From Candidatus Izemoplasma sp. (GTDB lineage: Bacteria; Bacillota_I; Bacilli_A; Izemoplasmatales; Izemoplasmataceae), in assembly GCA_021736285.1 (NCBI GenBank), contig JAIPGE010000001.1, forward strand, positions 1 to 24,666: a stretch of DNA of 24,666 nt, written 5' to 3'. Within the stretch, counting starts at the first letter, position 1. Each line of letters begins with the position of its first letter. Positions 1 to 7,591 of this stretch are shown one piece after another. The notes beneath the pieces were generated by a model. It saw only the letters and a list, made by a program, of their open reading frames with translations. It made no database searches and had not been told where the DNA came from. Position numbers and translations under genes: made by a program.

Positions 1-925
1 CATTCGGTAACACAACTTTAAATGTTGTTTGTGTATGATTTGCTCCTAACGCAAGCGATGCAAATCGGTAAGCATCAGGAACAACTTTTAATGATTCTTC
101 AGTTGCTCGGATGATAACTGGAAGCAAAATAACCCCAAGTGTCAAACTCCCTGAAATTAAGTTCCCACTTGTTGCGCTGGTGTACCTTACAGTCAAAGGA
201 ACAAATACAGCGAGTCCCATTAATCCAAAGATGATACTTGGAACCCCCGTTAAGACTTCAATCATACTTCTTAACGTATTGGTAAATGGATTCTTACGTG
301 CAAATTCATTTAAATATATTGCGGTAAAGATTCCTATTGGCAGACTAAATAACAAACTCATTCCAATCACATAAAGCGTTGTAATAATAGAACCCCTGAT
401 TCCACCACCTAGTGATGTAAAAACAATTTCACGAAATCCGTCTGAGTTCTCAAGTTCATTAATCATATATTCTGCGCCGTAAATCGGTAATGCAGAATTT
501 TTATCTTCAAATTTAATCGCAGTAACAATATTGCCTTTTTCGATACCAAAACTGTCTGCAGTATCGTTGTTTTTATCATTTAATGTTTGGAACGGTGAGT
601 CTTCAGCAATGAAGACTACTGTAATATTGTTCTTGCCTTCACGGTCTATGCCATCTTCAAATGCAATCCCCCATTTTTCTGAGTAATACGTATCGTCATT
701 TAAACTATCAGGCCGTTCTGTGTTGCTGTAGCTAATTGGTTCATCAATATTCGCATTATAATATTTTGCATGATAATCATTTACGAGCAATCCAAAATCT
801 AATAAATCTGACCCATTACGAAAGACAAAAATAAATATTAATGATAATACAATAACAGCGATTGAAGAGGCAAAAAAAGTAATGCCTTGATATAACCGAT
901 CAACTCGTCTTCTTTTATTTGACAT
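1..925 (-). CDS. pstA: Phosphate ABC transporter permease PstA, partial (C-terminus runs off the left edge), with a ~135-aa extracytoplasmic insert
   Basis: Not in the ORF track because it has no stop in the window. Manual translation from ATG 925 (overlaps the pstC end by 11 nt): MSNKRRRVDRLYQGITFF...GGGIRGSIITTLY...LPIGIFTAIYLNEF...IEVLTGVPSIIFGLMG...LTLGVILLPVIIRATEESLKVVPDAYRFASLALGANHTQTTFKVVLPN. These are PstA-type TM and EAA-loop motifs, and the gene follows pstS-pstC. Confidence 0.93.
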   Translation of the reverse strand, partial: MSNKRRRVDRLYQGITFFASSIAVIVLSLIFIFVFRNGSDLLDFGLLVNDYHAKYYNANIDEPISYSNTERPDSLNDDTYYSEKWGIAFEDGIDREGKNNITVVFIAEDSPFQTLNDKNNDTADSFGIEKGNIVTAIKFEDKNSALPIYGAEYMINELENSDGFREIVFTSLGGGIRGSIITTLYVIGMSLLFSLPIGIFTAIYLNEFARKNPFTNTLRSMIEVLTGVPSIIFGLMGLAVFVPLTVRYTSATSGNLISGSLTLGVILLPVIIRATEESLKVVPDAYRFASLALGANHTQTTFKVVLPN

Positions 926-1880
926 CGACATTACCTACTTTCTTCTTAATAAAATTCAAGGTTAAGTTTGTCAGTAAGATAACGACCATTAACACAATTC
1001 CGACACTAAAGCGAATATCATAATCGATTCCAGTTGTCTCTTTTAATCCTTGTAACATTGTTGATGTTAGTGTTGATGTGATTTGAAAAAAGCCAATTGA
1101 TGGACCACTTCTTGCATTTCCGGCAACAAGTGAAACGGCAGTTGCTTCACCTAATGCTCGGCCAATTCCTAAAATAGCTGCGGTAAATATTCCGGATTTA
1201 GCACTTGTTAATACCACTTTAAAATTGGTTTGCGTTTTTGTTGCTCCAAGCGCAAGTGATCCTAGTACAATGTCTTTATTGACACTTCTAATTGCCACTT
1301 CACTCAGTGCGGTAATTGTTGGTAAAATCATTAATGCTAGCACCAAGACAGTGGCTAAAACACTATTTCCACCTTTTGATTGGACATTGAATATTTTAGC
1401 TAAGTTATAAACAAACGTAAGAATAATGCCACTTCCAAATAATCCATAGACAATTGATGGTATTGAAGCCAACAATTCAATAATTGTTCGTAATACTTCA
1501 GCAATTTTCTTTGGAGCAATACGTGCAATATAAAGCGCAGTTAAGACACCAATTGGTAACGCTACTAAAAGTGATAAGAAAGCAATATATAATGTATTAA
1601 CGATAATAAATCCAACACCATATAGATTAGAAACAAAGGCTGTTCCTTCAAGCCACACGGTGCCTGTTAAAAAACGCCATAAATTAACTGGTCCAACACC
1701 ATCATTATCGGTCACAAAGGGGATTATCCCTTCTGCTGTGACAAAAACAATAATGATTATGATGAACGAGGCACTTATAATCGTAGATAGTAAAAAGAAA
1801 CTCTTGATGAAAAAATCAATTGCATCATTTTTGGTATAAAGATGTAATTTAGATTGTATTTTCTTTATAAATGTCGCCAT
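915..1880 (-). CDS. pstC: Phosphate ABC transporter permease PstC
   Basis: IELLASIPSIVYGLFG, LMILPTI...SEVAIRSV...SLALGAT, GIGRALGEATAV are PstC motifs. RBS AGGAGG at 1888-1893. Confidence 0.95.
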   Translation of the reverse strand: MATFIKKIQSKLHLYTKNDAIDFFIKSFFLLSTIISASFIIIIIVFVTAEGIIPFVTDNDGVGPVNLWRFLTGTVWLEGTAFVSNLYGVGFIIVNTLYIAFLSLLVALPIGVLTALYIARIAPKKIAEVLRTIIELLASIPSIVYGLFGSGIILTFVYNLAKIFNVQSKGGNSVLATVLVLALMILPTITALSEVAIRSVNKDIVLGSLALGATKTQTNFKVVLTSAKSGIFTAAILGIGRALGEATAVSLVAGNARSGPSIGFFQITSTLTSTMLQGLKETTGIDYDIRFSVGIVLMVVILLTNLTLNFIKKKVGNVDVK

Positions 1881-1899
1881 CGGTATTCCTCCTTATATC

Positions 1900-1937
1900 G
1901 CAAGAAAAGCCCCCACATTAGAAGGGCTAGTTCTTGC
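1900..1937 (-). other. Imperfect stem-loop between pstS and pstC (mRNA stabiliser or attenuator)
   Basis: gcaagaa(1900-1906)/ttcttgc(1931-1937) and agccc(1908-1912)/gggct(1924-1928) are complementary. There is no U-tract. Confidence 0.55.
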
Positions 1938-1979
1938 TATGATGAAATAAAATAAAAGGCAGAGTATATATTATTAGTT

Positions 1980-2906
1980 TTAGTTAAGTAGTTCATCCCA
2001 AGTGGTAACATCACCTGAGTAGATATTTTTTAGATCTTGAGCTGTTACACTATTTAATTCATTGTTAAGATTAACAATTGCAACAATAGCATCCCATGCT
2101 AATTGACCTTGAGTCCCATCAGCACCAGCTTCTGAATCTTTGAATGGCCGTGATGCAAATCCGATATGTTTATAATTGTCGCCATCTTTTTCGCTACCTT
2201 GTGTCCGCTTGAATCCATCAGATGATCCTGTATGATCATGCTCTGGTACAAAGTCTCCACATTTTGGCGCAAATGCTGCAGATAATGCTTCAGCAATTTT
2301 TTGAATTGAATCTGACCCACCAAAACGAATTACAGTCCCACTGTTGTCTTGTTCACAGACCGGATAATCAGCTTTGATATCATCCCATGTGTTAGAACTA
2401 TCAAGTGGAACAGCACCTTGGTTGGTGATAACATCAGCACCATCTGTTGTTCCCATGAATGCTACAAATGCAAGTGACAGATTTTTTTCTGTATCATTTT
2501 CGTAGTCATCTAATGCTCTTGTAACATAATTGAATGGCCGTTTTAGTCCATATGTGTTATTGATAACATTCGCTACTGACGGTTCAACACCATCAAACGA
2601 TAACCCTTTAACCTCATCATTGAGTGTTGCTAATGAAATATAACCAATGCCATATTCATCTGTAACAATTGATGATAAAATTCCTGTATTATCTTTAATA
2701 ACAAATCCATCAACTAATAAACTATCGTCTTCAGCAGCATCACCAAAGTCAATACCACCCATAAATCCAGCACGTGTTCCACTAGAAGTGTCCCGTGTGT
2801 ATACAGTAATGTTACTTGATGAATCCCAACTGTCTGTCGATCCACCACATGCACTTAATGTTAGTGTTAATACAAATGCAGCGATCAATAAAATTATTTT
2901 TTTCAT
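1980..2906 (-). CDS. pstS: Phosphate-binding lipoprotein PstS (circularly permuted lobe order)
   Basis: Lipobox LSAC (C20). Motifs TRDTSSGTR, GIGYIS, DGVEP, RPF, FGGSDS, IGFASR, DAIVAIVN, LKNIYSG..TTW. First gene of the pst operon; RBS GAGGAGG at 2917-2923. Confidence 0.92.
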   Translation of the reverse strand: MKKIILLIAAFVLTLTLSACGGSTDSWDSSSNITVYTRDTSSGTRAGFMGGIDFGDAAEDDSLLVDGFVIKDNTGILSSIVTDEYGIGYISLATLNDEVKGLSFDGVEPSVANVINNTYGLKRPFNYVTRALDDYENDTEKNLSLAFVAFMGTTDGADVITNQGAVPLDSSNTWDDIKADYPVCEQDNSGTVIRFGGSDSIQKIAEALSAAFAPKCGDFVPEHDHTGSSDGFKRTQGSEKDGDNYKHIGFASRPFKDSEAGADGTQGQLAWDAIVAIVNLNNELNSVTAQDLKNIYSGDVTTWDELLN

Positions 2907-2941
2907 TTAATTGTTTCCTCCTCAAATTTTCTTACACTTAA

Positions 2942-2995
2942 ACTATAGCAAACAACTATTTATTCTCAATTGTAATTGTGTTAAAGTTGTGTTAA
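2942..2995 (-). promoter_or_regulatory. pstS promoter with Pho-box-like direct repeat
   Basis: Extended -10 TG-C-TATAGT (hexamer 2942-2947) and -35 TTGAGA (2964-2969, 16-nt spacer). Perfect 9-bp direct repeat TTAACACAA at 2987-2995 and 2976-2984 (11-bp period), matching the Bacillus-type PhoP half-site TT(A/T/C)ACA. Confidence 0.75.
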
Positions 2996-3013
2996 CAAAA
3001 ATCTTAAAAGCGT

Positions 3014-3042
3014 AAAAAAAAGACGAGCCAACACTCGTCTTT
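3014..3042 (-). terminator. Intrinsic terminator after phoP
   Basis: Stem aaagacgag(3019-3027)/ctcgtcttt(3034-3042), 6-nt loop, A-run 3014-3021 (U-tract on the minus strand). Confidence 0.85.
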
Positions 3043-3045
3043 AAC

Positions 3046-3711
3046 CTAGACTAACTTATATCCGATACCACGGACTGTTTTAATGTGGTTCGCTTCGGGA
3101 TCAATTTTTTCTCTTAATTTAAAGATATGTACATCTACGACACGTGAGTCTCCATCATAACTAAATCCCCATAGATTTGTTAAAAGTTGATCACGTGATA
3201 ATGCTTTTCCTTTATTCTTTAATAAATATAGTAACAATTCAAATTCTTTTAATGTAACCTCAATTTTTTCTTCATTCCGAAACACTTCATAACTGCTTTG
3301 AATAATTGTTAAATCATTATAATAAAGTGTATCATCATTTTTCATGAGTCCTTGTCTTCTTAAACCCGCTTTAATTCGGGCTAACAGTTCTCGTGGTGAG
3401 AACGGTTTTTTAATATAATCATCCGCACCTACGTCAAACCCTTTGATGACATTATATTCATCATCAAGTGCCGTCAACATGATAATATATACCTCATTGC
3501 CTTCGTCACGTAATTTTTTACAGATTTCCATTCCGTCCATATTCGGCAACATCAAATCAAGCAAAATAATATCATAATGTTTTGTACTGGCTTTTTTATA
3601 TCCTTCAAACCCATCTAATGCCGACTCAACATCATAGTTCATTTGTGTTAAATCATATTCTATCATTCGTTGAATTGCTTGTTCATCTTCAATAATTAAT
3701 ATTTTTGCCAT
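3046..3711 (-). CDS. phoP: OmpR/PhoB-family response regulator, PhoP-like
   Basis: Receiver motifs ILIIEDE, IILLDLMLP (phospho-Asp), KPF; winged helix SRVVDVHIFKLREKI, TVRGIGY. Start moved from GTG 3720 to ATG 3711 because GAGGTG (3718-3723) sits 6 nt upstream. The PhoP call rests on context. Confidence 0.8.
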   Translation of the reverse strand: MAKILIIEDEQAIQRMIEYDLTQMNYDVESALDGFEGYKKASTKHYDIILLDLMLPNMDGMEICKKLRDEGNEVYIIMLTALDDEYNVIKGFDVGADDYIKKPFSPRELLARIKAGLRRQGLMKNDDTLYYNDLTIIQSSYEVFRNEEKIEVTLKEFELLLYLLKNKGKALSRDQLLTNLWGFSYDGDSRVVDVHIFKLREKIDPEANHIKTVRGIGYKLV

Positions 3712-3730
3712 AGCGAACACCTCTATTTAT

Positions 3731-3780
3731 ACTATATCACAACTGTTATCATTCAGTGAAGTCATAACAGTTATTTAACA
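3731..3780 (-). promoter_or_regulatory. phoP promoter with inverted repeat and Pho-box-like pair
   Basis: Extended -10 TG-A-TATAGT (3731-3736). Inverted repeat aactgttat(3741-3749)/ataacagtt(3764-3772). Plus-strand ATAACA(3764)/TTAACA(3775) with an 11-bp period. Confidence 0.55.
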
Positions 3781-3794
3781 ATTATAAACGGAAT

Positions 3795-5480
3795 TTAAAC
3801 TTCATAATCCATTTCTTCGTTATAGTAGTACTCTTGCATGACATTGATGACAATATTATTGCAGTGATCCCCAATTCGTTCAATATTAGATAAAATATCG
3901 ACATAAAGACCATCTTGTGTCTCTGATGATTGTTTATTATTGATGCGCATAATATGACGTTTACGATTTTTAATTACCAAGCGATCAATAACATCTTCGC
4001 GATCCATCACTTTCTTCGCTGTGATTTTATCTTGTGTATCAAAAGCTTCAATGGTTAAATGAAGCGTTTCTTGAACAACATCATAAAGTGTTCTTAATTC
4101 ATTCAACGCATCTACACTGAGTACAAGTTTATTTTCATATCGATCCTCAAAGAATTGTAATAAATTGGTACAGTGATCCCCAATCCGTTCAAAATCACGT
4201 ATTGTATCAACAAATGCGGCTTGGTCTGATGAAGACTCTCGATCAAGATCATTCTGCGCTATTTTGACAAGATAATCGTGTGCTTTCTTATCAATGGTAT
4301 CGAGCATCTCTTCAATCTGCATCCCATTTTCATAAAGTTTTTTATCTTCTTTAAACGAATATTCAATTGTTGACTCAAACATTTGTTCAGTTAGTTTACC
4401 CATATTTAAAACAACAACTTTTGCACTTTCTAAGGCAAGAGAAGGTGCATCTAAAATCAATTCATCACTTAGTGCGTCAACATCTACTTCAACTAAACCA
4501 TCTTCACCTCGAATAATGAATGTTGCCAACCCGACAAGTTGTTTGATGAACCAAAACATAATGAAGGTATTAATGAAATTAAAGCCCATGTGTGCGAAAC
4601 TAATTGTCATTTTACTTGTTTCTCCATGCAACACAGTATCTTCTAGATATTGAATAAAATGAGTATATGGTCGGAGTAACAACATAAAGATAATACTTCC
4701 CACTAAGTTAAACATAACATGAACTGCGGCAGTCCGTTTTGCAGCAATACTACCGCCAAGTGAAGCTAAAACAGCAGTGAAAGTTGTTCCAATATTATCT
4801 CCAAATACAATGGCTATCGCACCAATTAAAGGAATTGCACCTGTTGTATATAACTCTTGTAAAATACCAATTGTGGCACTACTTGATTGGATTGCTGCGG
4901 TTGTTCCAGCACCAACAATAAGCCCTAGTACAGGTGTTTCACCAACTTGATGTAACGCATTTTCAAACCATGGTTGATACGCTAGTTGTTTGAGTGCCCC
5001 TCCCATAACATCTAATCCAAAGAAGAGCATTCCAAAGCCTAGTAAAACACCACCAAATTGCCGATATTTTTTTCGGGTAGAAAAAAATACAAGAAAGCTT
5101 CCTGCTGCCATAATCGGTAATGCGTATGCTTTTATCTTTAATCCAAGTAAAAATGATGTGACGGTTGTTCCTATATTTGCCCCTAGTATAATCCCCACGG
5201 CCTGAGGCAATGTCATTAACCCTGCACGTACAAGTCCAATCGTTAATGCCGTTGTCCCAGAGGAAGATTGAATTAATCCGGTAATAATAATTCCTACAAA
5301 TATACCCTTAATTGGCGTATTGGTCGATTTTTCAATAATCAACTTTAACTTATTTCCCGCAATTGCTTTTAAAGAATCTCCCATTAAGTTTATCCCATAT
5401 AAAAAGATTCCTAATCCGCCTACAATTTCAAAAATAGTTATTTGCCAATTGATTTCTGTTGCAACAGCTAATATTAACAT
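3795..5480 (-). CDS. Na/Pi cotransporter (NptA/YqeW-like) with C-terminal PhoU-like domains
   Basis: Two QSSS signature repeats (LIQSSSGTT, AIQSSSATI), GANIGTT and GDNIGTT, a hydrophobic N-terminal half, and a helical C-terminus with two ERIGDH motifs. RBS AGGAGG. Confidence 0.93.
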   Translation of the reverse strand: MLILAVATEINWQITIFEIVGGLGIFLYGINLMGDSLKAIAGNKLKLIIEKSTNTPIKGIFVGIIITGLIQSSSGTTALTIGLVRAGLMTLPQAVGIILGANIGTTVTSFLLGLKIKAYALPIMAAGSFLVFFSTRKKYRQFGGVLLGFGMLFFGLDVMGGALKQLAYQPWFENALHQVGETPVLGLIVGAGTTAAIQSSSATIGILQELYTTGAIPLIGAIAIVFGDNIGTTFTAVLASLGGSIAAKRTAAVHVMFNLVGSIIFMLLLRPYTHFIQYLEDTVLHGETSKMTISFAHMGFNFINTFIMFWFIKQLVGLATFIIRGEDGLVEVDVDALSDELILDAPSLALESAKVVVLNMGKLTEQMFESTIEYSFKEDKKLYENGMQIEEMLDTIDKKAHDYLVKIAQNDLDRESSSDQAAFVDTIRDFERIGDHCTNLLQFFEDRYENKLVLSVDALNELRTLYDVVQETLHLTIEAFDTQDKITAKKVMDREDVIDRLVIKNRKRHIMRINNKQSSETQDGLYVDILSNIERIGDHCNNIVINVMQEYYYNEEMDYEV

Positions 5481-5514
5481 CGTGTTCCTCCTTTATAAGT
5501 ACCAAACAAAATAT

Positions 5515-5580
5515 ATCATATAATTAACACTTTTTAAATATTTAAATAATTATTTAATATTTATTAACACTATCTTAACA
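5515..5580 (-). promoter_or_regulatory. Promoter region of the Na/Pi cotransporter with Pho-box-like repeats on the opposite strand
   Basis: Candidate -10 TATGAT (5515-5520). Plus-strand TTAACAC at 5524 and 5564, and TTAACA at 5575 (11-bp period with 5564). The region is very AT-rich. Confidence 0.5.
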
Positions 5581-5599
5581 ATTAAGATTATTTTTCCAT

Positions 5600-5621
5600 A
5601 AAAAAAAGGACTACAGTCCTT
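5600..5621 (-). terminator. Intrinsic terminator overlapping the stop codon of the second DHH gene
   Basis: Stem aaggac(5606-5611)/gtcctt(5616-5621), 4-nt loop, A-run 5600-5607. Confidence 0.7.
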
Positions 5622-6576
5622 CTTTATACGATTTGGCTAATTGATCTGCATCTTTTAGTATTAATTCTGTTCGCTCCCATGTGCCAAGGCTGGCACCACT
5701 TGCCATTGCGTGGCCCCCACCATCATATTTACCAGCAAGTTCATTAATTGCTGGGCCTTTTGAACGTAAACGACATCGAACAATGCCTTCTTCATACTCA
5801 GCAAATAATGCCCAAATTGGACAATCTTTAAATTTACCCAATTCATTAACAAGACTCGTTGCTTCTTCAAGGTTAACATCAAACTCTTCTAAATACTTTG
5901 GTAATATCTTGAAATAAACGACTCCGTTTTCTGTCTTTTCATAATTTTGTAAGACAAAGCCTTTAAAGCGGGTAAAGTTTTCCGTTCTTGTATCTAAGTA
6001 ATCATATACTTCACCGGCATCTAATCCTGAATCATAAAGCATTGCAACATTTCGAAATGTATCGCCATTAACACCACTATACTTAAAGCGGCCTGTATCA
6101 GTGAGAATACCAAAGAATAACGCATCTGCAGCTGCTTTTGTTAAGATATAGTCTTCTTTAAACATATTATATAAATCAAGCACAATCAACGCTGCTGCTG
6201 GGCGTGATGTATCGATATATTCGACATCACCATAGGTTTCTACCTTAATGTGATGATCAATCTTGATTGTTTTTTCACATAACTTAAATCGTTCATCTCC
6301 CATACGGTCGATATTCGCTGTGTCAACCAATATTCCAAGTGCATCAGCAAAGATATTATCCTCTTCTAAAACATCTGGTACACCGATAAATGAGGTGAAC
6401 TCACTTGATTCTCCAACAACATAGACTGTTTTATCTTGAAAGCTTGCTTCAATCATATGTTTTAGTCCAAATGCTGTTCCCATCGCATCACCATCAGGGC
6501 GTTGATGCGGAAATATAATAATTGTTTTGTATGATTTAATTAATTCATGTATTGCTTGTAATTTTTTACTATCCAT
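5611..6576 (-). CDS. nrnA: DHH/DHHA1 phosphoesterase, NrnA-like (nanoRNase/pAp phosphatase), paralog 2
   Basis: HQRPDGDA, ILVD, IDHH, LTDTGRF, VRCRLRSKG, GGGHAMASG. Confidence 0.88.
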   Translation of the reverse strand: MDSKKLQAIHELIKSYKTIIIFPHQRPDGDAMGTAFGLKHMIEASFQDKTVYVVGESSEFTSFIGVPDVLEEDNIFADALGILVDTANIDRMGDERFKLCEKTIKIDHHIKVETYGDVEYIDTSRPAAALIVLDLYNMFKEDYILTKAAADALFFGILTDTGRFKYSGVNGDTFRNVAMLYDSGLDAGEVYDYLDTRTENFTRFKGFVLQNYEKTENGVVYFKILPKYLEEFDVNLEEATSLVNELGKFKDCPIWALFAEYEEGIVRCRLRSKGPAINELAGKYDGGGHAMASGASLGTWERTELILKDADQLAKSYKEGL

Positions 6577-7510
6577 TATTTTGGCTCCTAACTATGTGCT
6601 CGTGTAAATCATCTAATAGTTGATTGGTTTCTTCAAAAGAGTTAATCACACACCCGCAAGCGAGTGCATGGCCTCCGCCACCATATTGTTTTGCAATATC
6701 AACAATTGGCGTTTCTTTACTGCGTAACTCAACCATAATGCCTACTTCATCTTCTGTAAAATTAACCCAGGCGTCAATCCCTTTAATTCCACTCATTTGA
6801 TTGACCATGGCACGTGAGACTGTAAAGGTTGAGACATTATATTCTTTTGTAACATCCATTGAGTTTTCCATATACGCAATATGGTCTCTATAAATCTTGA
6901 AGTTATTAATAAAGTATCCTTTTAATTTTTTAAAATTCAACTCTTCTGTGTATAAGTTTTCATAAATCCATTGTAATGCGCCACCCCGTCTTAATAAAAA
7001 GGCTGATATTTCTAATGTATCTGCTTGAGTATTTGAATATAAAAAGCGGCCACTGTCTGTAATAATACCCGCAAGGAACGCTGTTGCTGCTTGGGCATTA
7101 AATTGTAAATTGTAATCCGTTAGGATATCAACAATCATTTCGGCACAGGCAATCTTGCTTGAATCAATGTGGGCAACACACTCAATATTTGGTGTATTTA
7201 AATGATGATCTAGGATCAATACTTCATCAGCTAATTCATAGCGATGATCACTAATCATTTGTTTGACACAGACATCAACAATAATAGCAAGTGCACCATC
7301 ATAAACGTCATCTTCAATATGATCCATATCCCCTAAAAATGAAAACACGTTTTCATCGCCAACAGCGTAGACTTGTTTTTCTGGATAATTGAGTTCGATC
7401 ACATGTTTTAAACCGAGTTGGCTTCCATAGGCATCCCCATCTGGATTGTTGTGTCGATGAATGATGATTGTGCTGTATTGTTCGATTAATTTTATAACAG
7501 TTTCTTTCAT
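6569..7510 (-). CDS. nrnA: DHH/DHHA1 phosphoesterase, NrnA-like, paralog 1
   Basis: HRHNNPDGDAYGSQ, IIVD, LDHH, ITDSGRF, ELRSK, GGGHALACG. Start moved to ATG 7510 (GGGGTG at 7517-7522 is 6 nt upstream). The stop overlaps the next start by 8 nt. Confidence 0.88.
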   Translation of the reverse strand: MKETVIKLIEQYSTIIIHRHNNPDGDAYGSQLGLKHVIELNYPEKQVYAVGDENVFSFLGDMDHIEDDVYDGALAIIVDVCVKQMISDHRYELADEVLILDHHLNTPNIECVAHIDSSKIACAEMIVDILTDYNLQFNAQAATAFLAGIITDSGRFLYSNTQADTLEISAFLLRRGGALQWIYENLYTEELNFKKLKGYFINNFKIYRDHIAYMENSMDVTKEYNVSTFTVSRAMVNQMSGIKGIDAWVNFTEDEVGIMVELRSKETPIVDIAKQYGGGGHALACGCVINSFEETNQLLDDLHEHIVRSQNNG

Positions 7511-7527
7511 CCTTTTCACCCCTAATA

Positions 7528-7545
7528 TAACATTACATTATACCA
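7528..7545 (-). promoter_or_regulatory. nrnA-pair promoter, extended -10, containing the shared 16-bp element
   Basis: TG-G-TATAAT (hexamer 7537-7542). GTATAATGTAATGTTA (7528-7543) is identical to 18377-18392. Confidence 0.7.
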
Positions 7546-7591
7546 TAAATCCATGGTTTCCTGTAAGCATTATTTGAAGATTTATGGTGTT

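Noticed and set aside
111-374. Plus-strand 87-aa ORF
   Set aside because: Antisense shadow of pstA, which is clearly coding on the minus strand. No RBS.
1225-2910. Short ORFs 1225-1410, 2099-2323 and 2647-2910
   Set aside because: Antisense or alternative-frame shadows inside pstC/pstS, with no RBS or recognisable product.
5533-5546. 14-bp palindrome TTTAAATATTTAAA in the Na/Pi promoter
   Set aside because: A/T-only sequence in a very AT-rich spacer; cannot be told from chance without conservation data.
4990-5917. Short ORFs 4990-5205, 5320-5523, 5661-5882 and 5681-5917
   Set aside because: Nested in the Na/Pi and DHH genes; no independent expression signals.
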